From Okamejei kenojei (lineage: Eukaryota), in assembly GCA_035221665.1 (NCBI GenBank), contig CM069145.1, positions 21,762,001-21,826,000 on the forward strand: a stretch of 64,000 bases of DNA, written 5' to 3'. Each line of letters begins with the position of its first letter. The first letter of the stretch is position 1. Both the position numbers and the translations under genes were made by a program. The notes under the pieces were generated by a model. The model had not been told where the DNA came from. It did no database searches and saw nothing but the letters and a program-made list of their open reading frames with translations. Shown one piece after another: positions 24,758 through 37,395 of this stretch.

Positions 24758-25804
24758 CCTGAACACAATTCAGCCATATTCCATTTCCACCTTACCAGGA
24801 ACAGGTTGGTATTAGTGGTGGTTAGCTTCAATTTGTGCAATCATTCATTATACTAACCTACTGCTGAAGCTTCCAGCCATTGACGATCATGGTTGCGCAG
24901 GAAGCACAAAAGACTGCAGATGCTGGAATCTTGAGCAAAAATCAATGTACTGGAGGCACTCAGTAGGTCAAGCAGAACCTGCGGAGGGAAATGGATAGAA
25001 GACATTTCAGATCGGGACTTGGTTGGATGTTGCCATCATAAAAAATGCAGCCGATCTAAAGTTAGTGCCTTTATTTGAGTGGATTAATCATGCATTGAAA
25101 TTCCTGTGCCACATTTTATAATGAGGGGAGGGGGACAGGGAGAGTGGGCTGTCAAATTCAGTCCCCATGAATTGAAACTCAATAAGGGAGCCTCTTGCTG
25201 TTGTGGCAAAATAAATACAAGCAACACCACAGAATAATGGAAACTGGTTCTCTCAGCTGGATTGATGTGTGTCGTACAAATACCCAATACTTATTTCCTC
25301 CATTGCTATGGTCACTGACATGCCCTGGGGAATTTTGTTATCTGTGCGATGACTTCATTTAATTGAATATTTCATGCTTACATGACCTTTTCCTGGATAA
25401 GACTGATAACGGAAAATGCACCTACCTCAGCTTGCTCATAAAAGTGCTACACTCTCACAATACCTGCTTCTGGCTAGATTGAGAATCCGGTTGTCATGTT
25501 CAATAAATTAAAAACAGCCAGCAGCTGTATCCGCACAGTCTAATTTGCTGCACCAAACGAGATTTTGCTATTTTGCTATTTTGTTATTTTGACTGGATTA
25601 CCCAGTGGTTCGGGAGTATAATAGGTATGCAGAATGGTAAATCTACCAATGAATTGTACAGAAAAAATGGTGTCATCACACCTCCAACTCACACACTCGT
25701 CCATGACTACTCCAACAGTGCAAGTGCTGGAGCAACTCAGTCGGTCAGGCAGCATCTCTGGAGGACATGCATCGGAGATTTTTCTGATCTGGATCTGAGT
25801 ATTA

Positions 25805-26225
25805 CATAGAAACATAGAAATTAGGTGCAGGAGTAGGCCATTCAGCCCTTCGAGCCTGCACCGCCATTCAATATGATCATGGCTGATCATCCAACTCAGT
25901 ATCCCGTACCTGCCTTCTCTCCATACCTCTGATGCCACAAGGGCTGAGAGAGTTCCAAGACTCACCACTCTCTGTGTGAAAAAAGTCATCTCGGTCTTAA
26001 AGGATTTCCCCTTATCCTTAAGCTGTGACCCCTTGTCCTGGACTTCCCCAACATCGGGAACAATCTTCCTGCATCTAGCCTGTCCAGTAAGTTTCTATAG
26101 CCCCTCTCAATCTCCTAAATTCCAGAGAGTATAAACCGAGTCTATCTAGTCCTTCATAAGACAGACATCCCAGTTGCCTTCTCTGCACTCCCTCTATGGC
26201 AATAATGTCTTCCTCAGATTTGGAT
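25805..26225 (-). mobile_element. CR1 3' fragment with many short deletions
   Basis: 3' ~120 nt nearly identical to 14865-14985. Confidence 0.85.
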
Positions 26226-26487
26226 GGCAATTCCTTCCTCAGATGTGGTGTAGGGAATAAATTCCAGAGTTTGAAACCTTTGTGTCACTAGTAGTTGATC
26301 CCCCCACCTTCCCCCACCCCCCCCCCCCCCCCCCAAAAAGACCTGTCTGCTTCAATAATGTAAATATCCCCCAGCCCTGTGTGTTTACTTGGATCCAGCT
26401 CTGGCCTCCCCACATTCAATTGATCTGCTACCATGAAGACCATGTCTTCAGCTCACAAGGCTTTAAACTCTGGAATTTATTCCCTAA

Positions 26488-27297
26488 TAGTCCTGTCCCA
26501 CTTAGGCGACTTTGTAGGCGACTCAGGAGACTATGCAGTCGCCACGTGGACGCCACATGTTCGCTGGTGGTTGCCCGGGAGTCACCTTCATGGTCGCGAG
26601 GAGTTTCCACATTCTGGGAACTAGTCACGGCCTCAACATGTTGAAAAATTAGCAGCAACTAGAATGAAGCCGCCATGGAGAGTAGCGAGAATTCTCGTGC
26701 CGTAGGTGGGTCACCAGGAGGTCCTAGTGGGTTGCCAGGAGGTCATAGGTTCTTTGAGGTTCTCATAGGTTGTAGCCGGTGCTGACCGGTGAATTTCATT
26801 GGCTCATTGGGAAAAAAACATAAGCAGTCGTTTTCTGTACCAAGGAAAACTGACCGGTAATGTTAATGTCCGCCAAACTTCACAGCCATGTATCTCTGGC
26901 TTCTTATAGGTTGTCTCCACTCCTTCTCCCTCCTTCTCCCCCTTCTCCACCCTCTCCCCTCCCCTCTCCCCCCTCTCCCACCACCCCCCCCCCCTCTCTT
27001 TTAAAGGACTTACCGTACACTATGCTTTCACTGTATTAATTACAACGTCAACCTTCCTGTTAATCGTGGTGTGTGTCTGTATCACCTTGGCTTTGCACCG
27101 TGTGAATTTCACGCAGACAGTGCTTCACCCCGCTTGCCCTGTTCCCCGCTTGCTTAACGGCTGGTGAAGGAAGCGGTGTGTGTGTGTGTGTTCCACTCTG
27201 ACAGTCGCCGTTCCAGTTGCCGGTTTTTCAGGCGACTGCCGGCAATTTGACAGTCGCCGGCAGTTGCCTGAAAAATCGCCTAAGTGGGACAGGCCTA
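26488..27297. mobile_element. PIF/Harbinger-type MITE
   Basis: TIR TAG(G/T)CCTGTCCCACTTAGGCGA; TAA target duplication (26485-26487, 27298-27300). Confidence 0.85.
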
Positions 27298-27509
27298 TAA
27301 CACGCTCCATCCCTTGATTTTGTTTTTCTCCTTTCTGATGCTTCTTTATAATGAAATTGTACTAATGACAATGTACATGTCACAATGCACATTTTGTTTG
27401 ATAACCTTCTTGCAAAGTGCCCTAGGATGTGTTAATGGTGGTACAGAAGTAGATGTCAGTGTTGCTATTAGTACCAAGCGGGAACTTCTGGAAATCCAAC
27501 TAGAGCAGG

Positions 27510-27716
27510 TTAAAGTGGTGCAGCTGAATCATGGATGTATTCAAGAGAGAGTTAAATATACCTCTTAGGGCTAACAGAATCAAGGGATATGGGGAGAAAG
27601 CGGGAACGGGGTACTGATTTCGGATGATCAGCCATGACCATATTGAATCGCGGTGCTGGCTCGAAGGGCCAAATGGCCTACTCGTGCACCTATTTTCTAT
27701 ATTTCCATGTTTCTAT
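27510..27716 (+). mobile_element. CR1 3' fragment
   Basis: Same 3' UTR as the full-length CR1. Confidence 0.8.
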
Positions 27717-28085
27717 TACACTGCAGTGCATCTGCTTGGTGCTAGATGTTCCATTCATTGTGTTGAAGGGAACATCCGGAGAATATAGAAATCTCTTAAA
27801 ATGTTGTAGGATTTTTAGCATTATACACATTTTGTGGTCTTACAGTATAATACAACAATGCATATCAATTGTATTTTGATTAGTTATTTTTTGTTCTCAT
27901 TTATATGAAAAAAACATCCAATGTTCCTGCTTCCCATGTACCTGAGAGTAGGTAGGAAATAAACACAACTAAATTGACCTGAAGTTATCTGCACTTTCAA
28001 GTTCTGGTAAATTTATAGCTGCATATCCACCCCTCCGAGGATCTACAAAAGGTATCAGTATCAGGCCATCTGTTACCCTGCAAAC

Positions 28086-28086
<1 letters not shown>

Positions 28087-28150
<64 letters not shown>
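28087..28150. repeat. Poly-C run, 64 nt
   Basis: Direct reading; run length may be affected by sequencing error. Confidence 0.9.
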
Positions 28151-28689
28151 ACCCCCTCCCCTCCCCTCCCCACCATTTTAATTTACTCTTAGGCTGCTGT
28201 TCAGAGCTCAAACTGACAAATAATTTTGGGATTACCGGTTCTTCCATTTGCAGTCAGACGAAAAAATAAATCCAGGATTCACAATTTTTGTAGCTAAAAG
28301 AGTTGCCCAACCTATCAGAGACAGAACCCCTCAAATAAGAAGTGAAAAAAGTAAATTTTGTATTTAAAATGTTGGCTCAACCATTGATTCAATTCATGAT
28401 CTATCTGATAATGAGGCAGCCCACGAAACCCTGACAATCTCAATTTGGACTGACACTAATGCCACAGAAGTGCAAGGTAATGACAGATTCCAGGTGACTC
28501 TATTTCCCTGCAATGATACCATCACTACTGAGCCACTCATTGCCCTTGTTCTAAAGAGGCCACTATTGTCCAGAAGCATGATTAAACAAACCCCATAGGT
28601 TCTACATTGATGAATAAGGTAGGGGCACCATTCTGCGATGATTGACTCTCCACATCAACACTCAAACCTCCCCACCATATTCACACGTT

Positions 28690-28995
28690 CACAAGCTCAT
28701 GAATTACAGGAGTAGAATTAGGGCATTCGGCCCATCGAGTTGACTCTGCCTTTCAATCATGGCAGATCTCTGCCTCCATATTCCATTTTCCTGCCTTCTC
28801 CACATAACCCTTGACACCAATTTTAATCACAAAATGTGTCTATCTCTGCCTTAAAAATATCCACTGAATTGGCCTCCACAGCCCTCTGTGGCAATGAGTT
28901 CCACAGATTACTACCCTCTGATTAAAGAAGTTCCTCCTCACCTCCTTTCTAAATTTAGTAGCCTTTAATTCTGAGGCTATGACCTCTGGTCCAGA
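28690..28995 (-). mobile_element. CR1 3' fragment
   Basis: 3' UTR and ORF2 end. Confidence 0.75.
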
Positions 28996-29270
28996 TAAAA
29001 GTAATACGATTAAAAAGGAGCAAAACTGCTGTCATTGCAGCACTTTTCTTCATGCCTAATCCCAGGATGTCCCAAAAAAGCTTTGTGAGAAATTATATTG
29101 TACTTTTTGGGTGCACTTGCTGTTTGTAGTAGCAATTAATGAGTTGACATGCATGTGATGAAGGAGCTGGAAGATCTTAAGGAAAAGAGGAGGCAGAGAA
29201 AGCGGATGATGATGATGCCAATATTGATGATAACAACGATGAGAACATGATGAGGATGACACAGTGATGT

Positions 29271-29271
<1 letters not shown>

Positions 29272-29348
<77 letters not shown>
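29272..29348. repeat. (GAT)n microsatellite
   Basis: About 25 units. Confidence 0.95.
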
Positions 29349-29565
29349 CCGCAGTGTGTCATGGTCTCTGATGCCAACAGCACAAACTCAGGGACCAGCA
29401 CCAGAGGTAATAAGCAAGTACAGTTAATGGAACGTGATGGTGACAGTTGCGATGGCAGACACTAGTGGACTACTGTCTGGTACATAGCATAGTGTCTCAC
29501 TCAATCCTCAAGAAGCCTTCATTAACATAGGAAATTGAAAACTAATGAAATAATAATCTAATTTT

Positions 29566-29847
29566 GGGGTGGCACAGTGGCACCTCCCAGAGCCAGACAC
29601 CCGTGTTTGATCCTGACTACGACCTATATGGAGTTTGTACGTTATTCCTGTGACCATGTGGGTTTTCTCTGGGTGCTCTGGTTTCCTCTCACACTCCAAA
29701 GACAGGTTTGTAGATTAATTGGCTTTAGTAAAATTGTAAATTGGCCCTAAAGTGAAGGATAGTGCTAATGTGCATAGTGATCGCCAGTCGGCACGCACTC
29801 CGTGGGCCGAAGGGCCTGTTTCCGCGCTGTTTCTTTAAAGTCTAAAG
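29566..29847 (+). mobile_element. V-SINE (HE1-like)
   Basis: tRNA-like head, V-domain-like core, GGGCCGAAGGGCCTGTTTCC tail. Confidence 0.8.
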
Positions 29848-30284
29848 AACAGATGAGATACGTTTAATCAGAAGTGATACCTGAAACATGAAACCCGAAA
29901 AATGCAGTGAATAAATTAAGGGGTGTGAAAAGAATGGAACATGCTCCTACTTCTGCTGAAAAGGAGCATCAGCTATTCCCAGTGTATACCTTTACTCGTT
30001 TATTTATTTTGATGATTAACTGAACTAAAAAACTCCAAGTGAGTTTCATCAAAGATTTCTAATTGTCGAAGACCACAGACTTCATTGCTCCACAATGCAT
30101 CCCCCTACTCACTGTGTGACAACCTGATCAATACAATGTGAAGAGCATGGCTCTCAGCTGCATTGGCTTTTGACTATCCACCACTGAACTTGATCAACAG
30201 TCCAAGACATTTAAGCATCTGAACATTGTATGTGTAGGCTAGAGTTCCTCTGGGAAAAGTATATTTTGTCGCAGAGGCCAGATC

Positions 30285-31255
30285 ACCAAGCTCAAGAATA
30301 ACTTATTCCCAACAACTATCAAGCTGTTATAGACAATAGACAATAGGTGCAGGAGTAGGCCATTCGGCCCTTCGAGGCAGCACCACCATTCAATGTGATC
30401 ATGGCTGATCATCCCCAATCAGTACCCCATTCCTGCCTTCTCCCCATATTCCCTGACTCCGCTATTTTTATGAGCCCTATCAAGCTCTCTCTTGAAAGCA
30501 TCCAGAGAACCTACCTCCATCGCCCTCTGAGGCAGAGAATTCCACAGACTCACCACTCTCTGTGAGAAAAAGTGTTTCCTCGTCTCCATTCTAAATGGCT
30601 TAATCCTTATTCTTAAACTGTGGCCCCCGGTTCTGGTCTCCTCCAACATCGGGAACATGTTGAACACTATACAACACTAAGGACTAAGGACTATACAACA
30701 TGGACTAAGGACTATACAACATGGTCTACGATTATTCCACAGTCTTAGAATAAAGGGGAGGTCATTTAAGAGGTGAGAAAAAACGTTTTCACCCAGAGAG
30801 TTGTGAATTTATGGAATTCTCTGCCACAGAGGGCAGTGGAGGCCAAGTCACTGGATGGATTTAAGAGAGAGTTAGATAGAGCTCTAGGGGCTAGTGGAGT
30901 CAAGGAATAGGGGGAGAAAGCAGGCACGGGTTATTGATAGGGGACGATCAGCCCTGATCACAATGAATGGCGGTGCTGGCTCTAGAAGGGCCGAATGGCC
31001 TCCTCCTGCACCTATTTTCTGTTTCTATGTTTCTATGTAACACTAACCTCAATTATGATCTTCAATGGACTACCTTTGGTTGCACTGAAGACTATTTTTT
31101 TACATTAGTAATGCGGTTATTAACTTATCATTTATTTGTTCATTATATATTAAGTATGTGTTTTGTGTTTATCTATTATCTGCTGCAAGTAAGAATTTAA
31201 TTGTTCTGTTTTTAATACATATGACAACTAAACACTCTTAACTTGACTCTTGACT
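30285..31255. mobile_element. Rex-Babar 3' end (+) carrying two CR1 3' fragments (30330-30660 minus; 30735-31038 plus)
   Basis: TKLKNNLFPTTIKLL C-terminus resumes after the insertions; AACACTAA duplicated at 30673-30680 and 31039-31046. Confidence 0.75.
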
Positions 31256-32274
31256 ATGTGACATATTCAAGTGCCTGGAAAAGGGTTTCATTTACTGAAG
31301 TATCTCAAACTGGGCCGCTGAACTTAGGAAGCAGCGACTAATAAATTTACCTCAAGTTGGGAACTTCAGTGGTTGGGGATTTTGATACCCTGCATCAAGT
31401 GGGACTTAATGGAACCATGAGAGGCTAAGCTGGATGAGTTATAAAGGATGAAGCTGCTGACCTTGGTCTGTGGTATATAGTAACCAAACCAACATGAGAC
31501 TCAAAGTTGATGAGCATCATCCTCACCAATCTACCTGTTGCATGTGACCTAATCCATGACAGTATTGTTACAGGTGAACAATCTTCAAGCTGAGGACACT
31601 CTCCCTCATATGGTGTCAGCTCAAAGGTGAGCATCCATGTGGATCATCAGCACCAGCAGAAATGCTCACCATCTCTGTAACCTCATTTATGTTTCAGTCA
31701 TTCACAGAATGCGGACATTGCCGACAACAACTGCATTTATTCTCAATCTCCATTTGTCCCTGAACCGAGAAGGCAGGAGATCAACACACCAGTGGCCTTG
31801 GAGTCAGTGTGTCAGAGCAATGAGGATGACAGAGTTCCTTCCTGAAGTGTAAACTGGATGAGTTTTTACAACAGTCTGATAGCTTTTGTTATTTTAATTG
31901 AAACCATGCTGAAAATACACAGGGTAGATCACACCGGAACAAACCGGAACAATAACCTGCTTGTATGCTGATTCAGAAAGAGTTAACAGCATAAAAATGT
32001 TACCAGCATTTGGTGAGTTAGGTGAGGTTGGGAAGTGCTCTTTCGGTTCATCTGTCTGATAATTTGATTCAGTGCTGCAGAGGGAACTCCAATATGTGCA
32101 CCAGACAGCTGGTGCATTTTAAACAATACCCAGCTGTTGCTGGACCATAATGAATATCTGCAATCAACCACCAAACAATGATAAGAGCAGACAAGCCATT
32201 TCCCTGCTCTACAAATAACAAGTCAAAGAAAATCATTGCAACTTCTAAGTGCTTGTTGAGAATGTTAGTTTCGG

Positions 32275-32640
32275 TATGAGAGGAATAGATCGGGTAGAAG
32301 CACAAAGTCTCTCGCCCAGAGTAGGGGAATCAAGAACCAGGTGCCATTGGTTTAAGGTGATGGGGGAAAGATTTAATAGGAACCTGAGGGGTAACTTGTT
32401 CACACAGAGGGTGGTTGGTGTATGGAATGAGCTGCCGAAGGAGGTAGATGAGACAGGTAGTATCGTAACGTTTAAGAAACATTTGGACAGGTACATGGAT
32501 AGGACTGGTTTAGAGGGATATGGGCCAAGCGCAGGCAGGTGGGACTAATGTAGATGGGACATGTTGGTCAGTATGGACAAGTTGGACCAAAGGGTCTGTT
32601 TCCACGTTGTTTGACTCTCTGACTCTCTATGAATCTATGT
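32275..32640 (+). mobile_element. CR1 3' fragment
   Basis: ORF 32249-32548: MRGIDRV...FTQRVVGVWNELP. Confidence 0.85.
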
Positions 32641-32874
32641 ATGAAATCAGAGCAGTTTACAGCTCAATCCATCGTGTAGCTGTGCTATTCAATAACATCT
32701 GATATTATTGATGATCTGACTTCAACCTCATTTACTATATTCCTGAAAATATTTTCTTCACTTGCTTATTAAGTATCTATCCCTCTGCTTTGAAAACCTC
32801 TATTTCCACCACCATTTCAGGGAGAGACTTCCAAATACACAACTGTACAACAAACCAATATCGCCTTATCTCTT

Positions 32875-33295
32875 TGTAGGAAGAAACTGCAGATGTCGGT
32901 TTAAACCAAAAATAGACACAAGAAGTAACTCAGCGGGTCAGGCAACATCTCTAGAGAAAAGGAATAGATGAAATTTCGGGTCGAGACCCTTCTTCAGACT
33001 GAGAGCCAGGAGAAAGGGAAACGAGAGGTCTAGACGGTGATATTTAGAGACATAGAACAAATGTTAAAGTTGTATGCTGAAGATAGAGAAATCAATATTC
33101 ATACTGCTGATTTGTAAGCTGCCCAAGCCAAATATGAGATGCTGTTCCTCTAAGTTGTGTTTGGCCTCACTCTAACAACGGAGGAGGCTCAGGACAGAAA
33201 GGTCAGTGTGGGAATGGGAGGGGAGTTTAAATTGTTTGGAAACTGGGAGATCAGGTAGGCTACAGTGTGAATATTGATTTCTCTAACTTCAAGTA
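32875..33295 (-). mobile_element. Penelope-like element 3' fragment
   Basis: GIY-YIG C-terminal remnant (EEQHLIF.LG.L) and terminal repeat with hammerhead core. Confidence 0.7.
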
Positions 33296-33309
33296 ACTTG
33301 TCAAGCAAA

Positions 33310-33830
33310 TGCTGGGAGTTACAGGTACAGTGAAAATCTTGCTTGCATCAGCTTCACAAGCACATAGATTCACACAGCACATAAAAACATAAATTAAGCA
33401 CATTTTTCCATACATTTTACAAAACAATGAAAAGGACGATGAAAAAAAACAATAGTACAAAATACATTTAGAAAACAAGGTAATGATAATGCAGAGGTGG
33501 TCCATGGTGTTCTGTTGCTGAGGTAGGATTAGTGTTATACAGGTTGGTTCATGAACTTGATGGTTGAAGGAAAGTAGCTGGACGGAAACCTGGTGGTGTG
33601 CGACATCAGCCTTCTGTATCTCCTACCCATGGTAGCATTGAGAATAGGGCATGGCCCGAATGGGGGGGGTCCTTGATGATATTTTGCATTCCTGAGGCAG
33701 CACCTCATGCATATGTTTCCGATGGTGGGGAGGGCTCATCTCCATGGGCCCATGATGGACCAGGTTATGTCCAACTTTCTCTGCAATTTCTTGCATTTCT
33801 CAGTGTTGGCACTGTCATACAATTAGCCCA
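33310..33830 (-). mobile_element. Old Rex-Babar 3' fragment
   Basis: Degenerate ORF end and 3' UTR as in other copies. Confidence 0.5.
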
Positions 33831-34352
33831 GCCATCGCACTGGTAAATCTTAATTGAACTGCTTCCAATACATCAATGTCCCTTTTTAAATTAGGAGATC
33901 AATACTGTACATAATGACCAGAAGTGGTCTCACCAGTCTCATAAATAGTTGAAGCATAACTTCACTACTTTTGTTTTTAATTCTCCTAGCAATAAACAAT
34001 GGCATGCTATTAGCTTTTCTAATTACCTGCCATACTTGGACACTGCCTTTTGCAGTTCACTTATAATTTTAATATAATTTATTAAGTTATAATATAATTT
34101 AAAACCAAGGAAGTGTGGGGAACAGCATTTATCTCCCCATGCTTAATGAAAAATCCAACGTTTTTCCATCAATAATCAGAAAATAATAAATGAAATATTT
34201 TCTGCAGTGTAGTTTATATCTCAGTATTTTATTCTATGCTGAGTATATATGCTGGGCAGGCAGCAAAACTGCTTTTTGGAACCACTAGCGAGATCCTACT
34301 GTCTTCTTTTGCGTTTTAGCTTTTACCTGCTCTGGGACATACCTTGCAACAC

Positions 34353-34670
34353 TTTAGTTTAGTTTAGTTTAGTTTAGAGATGCAGCAAGGAAACAGGCCC
34401 TTTGGCCTACCGAGTCCATGCCGACCAGCGATTCCCGCACACCAACACTATCCTAAACACACTAAGGACAATTTACAATTTTATCAAGCCTATTAGCCTA
34501 CAAACCCTGTAGGACTATGGAGTGTGGGAGGAAATCGGACCACCCGGAGAAAATCCACGCAGGTTCCGGGGAGAATGTACAAACTTACAGATAGCACCCA
34601 TAGTCAGGATCGTACCCGGGTCTCTGTGGCTGAAAGGCAGCAACTTTACCACTGCACCACCGTTCCACCC
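34353..34670 (-). mobile_element. V-SINE (HE1-like)
   Basis: Same structure as the other copies. Confidence 0.85.
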
Positions 34671-35159
34671 TTCTTCAAAGATACAGATGGCTTATATCAT
34701 TTGAGCCTCTCTGCAAATGTTAACTGGTGGCCTGTGCAGGGAAAGCTATTGTAAATTTTCCAGCGAGCCAAGTTAATGGGAAGATAAAGCAAAATCAGAA
34801 GACCAATTGCCCTACTGCTTGCTCCCACTGATAAATAGGTTGGTAGAAACAGCAACATTGGATTACATATTCCTTCTTTTCAAAATGAGTGGTAACCACT
34901 ATGTCTAATGGGTTTGGGATGAGATGATTAACCCATACAGCATAATGTTGAAATAGGCCAATGTGGAAACGTGTACCAGCGATGGTGCAATTTAATTTTT
35001 ATTTGCAGCAGCATAATAGACTTGTAAATGCAATACATTCAGATAATATATAATAAACACAAATAAATCAATAAATTACCACAATCCAGTGCAAAAAAAC
35101 TGTCCTTAGTGCAACCAAAGACAGCCCACTGAAGTCCATAGTTTGTGTGACGTAATGTT

Positions 35160-35410
35160 CAACCCAGAGAGTTGTAAATTTGTGGAATTATCTGCCACAG
35201 AAGGCAGTTGAGACCAATTCACTGGATTAATTTAAAAGAGAGTTAGATAGAGCTCTCGGGGCTAGCGGAATAATGGGATATGGGGAGAAGGCAGGCACGG
35301 GTTACTGATTGTGGATGGTCAGCCATGATCACAATGAATGGCGGTGCTGGCTCGAAGGACCAAATGGTCTCCTCCTGCTCCTATTTTCGATGTTTCTGTT
35401 TCTATGTTTC
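35160..35410 (+). mobile_element. CR1 3' fragment inside a Rex-Babar remnant
   Basis: TQRVVNLWN motif and tail. Confidence 0.8.
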
Positions 35411-36290
35411 TAACTGTCTGATGATAGTTAGGAAGAAGCTTTGAACCTGAAGGCCACGGTTTTCAGTCTCCTCTACCTTCTTCCCAATGGTAGGACCAAT
35501 ACACCTTTAATGCAAACAATGAGTGTTTATTTTAGGTCTATGCAAATTCTCCTTATTTCAAAATACAACAATGAAAAATAGCTGATTCCAAAGTCCGTTC
35601 TGTAAAGATAAGATTGAACAGAAGAATAGCCAGCATGGAACACATTTGTTTTGTATGTGCTCCTCCAAATCTCCAAAAATCGATTCAACATGATCAGCTA
35701 TGCAAAAGACTTGCGATCCTCAAACATCCAATTAAATGTTCTTACATGAGGGACCATTAACCTCTTGAGATGCAGCTATTTTGCAGCAATCCTCTGTAAT
35801 ATTTGTCCTTTGCTTTGGTTCTTGATGTAACAATTTTTAATTAACTGCGTTGCCCTCAGTTCTCATAGGAATTCTTGAAGCAATTTTGAACAAGGCTCTT
35901 ATTTCATGCGGCCACTTGCAATAACACTCATTCCTTGCAACAGTATGTAGTGAACTTCAAGGTACACTGACTTTGTTAATTGATTTGCCACGATGGTTTT
36001 TTTTGTTGCTAGACCTTCCAGTCTGGCGACCCTTGTTTCTCATTGGGATTAGTTGTGATGGTATGGCTTCTTGTGCTGTTGTGAGCATGGATTGATTTTT
36101 CCTTTGTTGCCGTATTCGTGGCACCTTCATCTTTCACATTAACTGACTGTGACAATCTGCTTTCTTAATTGTTGAGCATGTCTCATTACTGCCCCTTCGC
36201 ATTTAAATACATTCTTAACTTCACCCACGTCTTCAATTCACAGCTCTTATTATTTTCTTGAAGGCATTTGTAAAGGGTTACTTGTTTCTC

Positions 36291-36488
36291 AAGATACAAG
36301 ATACAAGATACAATATACATTTATTTGTCACGTGTGCCAATTGGTGCAGTGAAATAAAATCACCATACAACCATACAGTTAACGTTAAAGTTTCACCCAA
36401 AAACAGATTTTAAACTGACTAAAAATTTTAAAAAAGATGGAAAAACAAACGGGCTGCAGGCAGAGGCTGCTGTCAGTGCAGCGCCCCT
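36291..36488 (-). mobile_element. Short member of the non-tRNA retroposon family
   Basis: Head GGCGCTGC...GCAGC...GCCTGCAGCCCGTTTGT resembles those at 47446 and 63280; TGACAAATAAA plus (TATCTTG)n tail. Confidence 0.55.
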
Positions 36489-36520
36489 AGTGATCTACAA
36501 AGCTTAGGCCAATTACGTGA

Positions 36521-36619
36521 GGGTACACAAAATGCTGGAGGAACTCAGCGGGTGCAGCAGCATCTATGGAGCGAAGGAGATAGGCAATGTTTCGGGCCGA
36601 AACCCTTCTTCAGACTGTT
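36521..36619 (-). mobile_element. Penelope-derived short element
   Basis: CTGAAGAAGGGTTTCGGCCCGAAAC core; 13-bp TSD (36508-36520 / 36620-36632). Confidence 0.7.
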
Positions 36620-36702
36620 GCCAATTAAGTGAAGTAGCCAGGTTGCTAAAGACTGATACAATAGCTGTAGAAAGGGAATAAATAAGAACTTAAGAGGACT
36701 TA

Positions 36703-37395
36703 AGGGCCTGTCCCACTTGGGCCGTCATTTACGAGACAGGCCGGCAGTGACTGACGAGCGACGGTCGCGTGCATCATTTTGCATCCCCTAGCCGTCTGGA
36801 GCGCGTGACGTCATTTGAAGATGGACACAAAATGCAGGAGTAACTCAGCGGGACCGGCAGCATCTCTGGAGAGAAGGAATGGATGATGTTTCGGGTAGAG
36901 ACTCTTCTTCAGTCTGAAGAAGGGTCTCGACCCGAAACGTCCCCCATTGCTTCTCTCCAGAGATGCTGCCTGTCCCGCTGAGTTATTCCTGCATTTTGTG
37001 TTTATCTCCAATCGTCTTTGCCCTGCTCTGGGAGTAGGAGTGAGGGCAGATCCGGATCCACAACGGCCGTGAGCCCCAGGCCAAGCTCGGCGATCGTTTG
37101 CCTGCTGCTGCTGTTGGAGGTGAGACGTTGCGCCGCGCCAGGGTCTTGGGCCTGGCCCACTTTGGCCATCAGTTACGCGACAGGCCGGTGGTGAGCGAAG
37201 ATTTTGTTCAGGACAAAGTCCACACTCCTCCACGCCACTCCACACTCCTCCACACCACTCCATGCGCCCGTCCTGCGCTACCCACGTGCTACCCACGTGC
37301 TACCCACGTGCTACCCACACGCTACCCACACGCTACCCACATGCTAGCAGGTCGCGTAAATGGCATGTGAATGACAGCCAAGTGGGACAGGTGCT
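36703..37395. mobile_element. PIF/Harbinger-type MITE containing a Penelope fold-back (36815-37010) and an 11-bp tandem repeat
   Basis: TTA + AGGGCCTGTCCCACTTGG ... CCAAGTGGGACAGG; (GCTACCCACGT)n at 37277-37345. Confidence 0.75.
36914..36941 (+). ncRNA. Minimal type I hammerhead ribozyme motif (best plus-strand copy)
   Basis: CUGAAGA-A-GGGUC-UC-GACCC-GAAA-C-GUC; stem I is weak and activity is unproven. Confidence 0.55.

Noticed and set aside
27284-27568. VDVSVAIST resembles 2-oxoacid dehydrogenase E2 subunits
   Set aside because: Only a short match with no supporting splice context; the DNA looks more like decayed CR1 ORF2 next to a CR1 tail.
29177-29401. Poly-His ORF (also poly-Tyr at ~6180 and poly-Gly at ~28100)
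   Set aside because: Translations of microsatellites or homopolymers.
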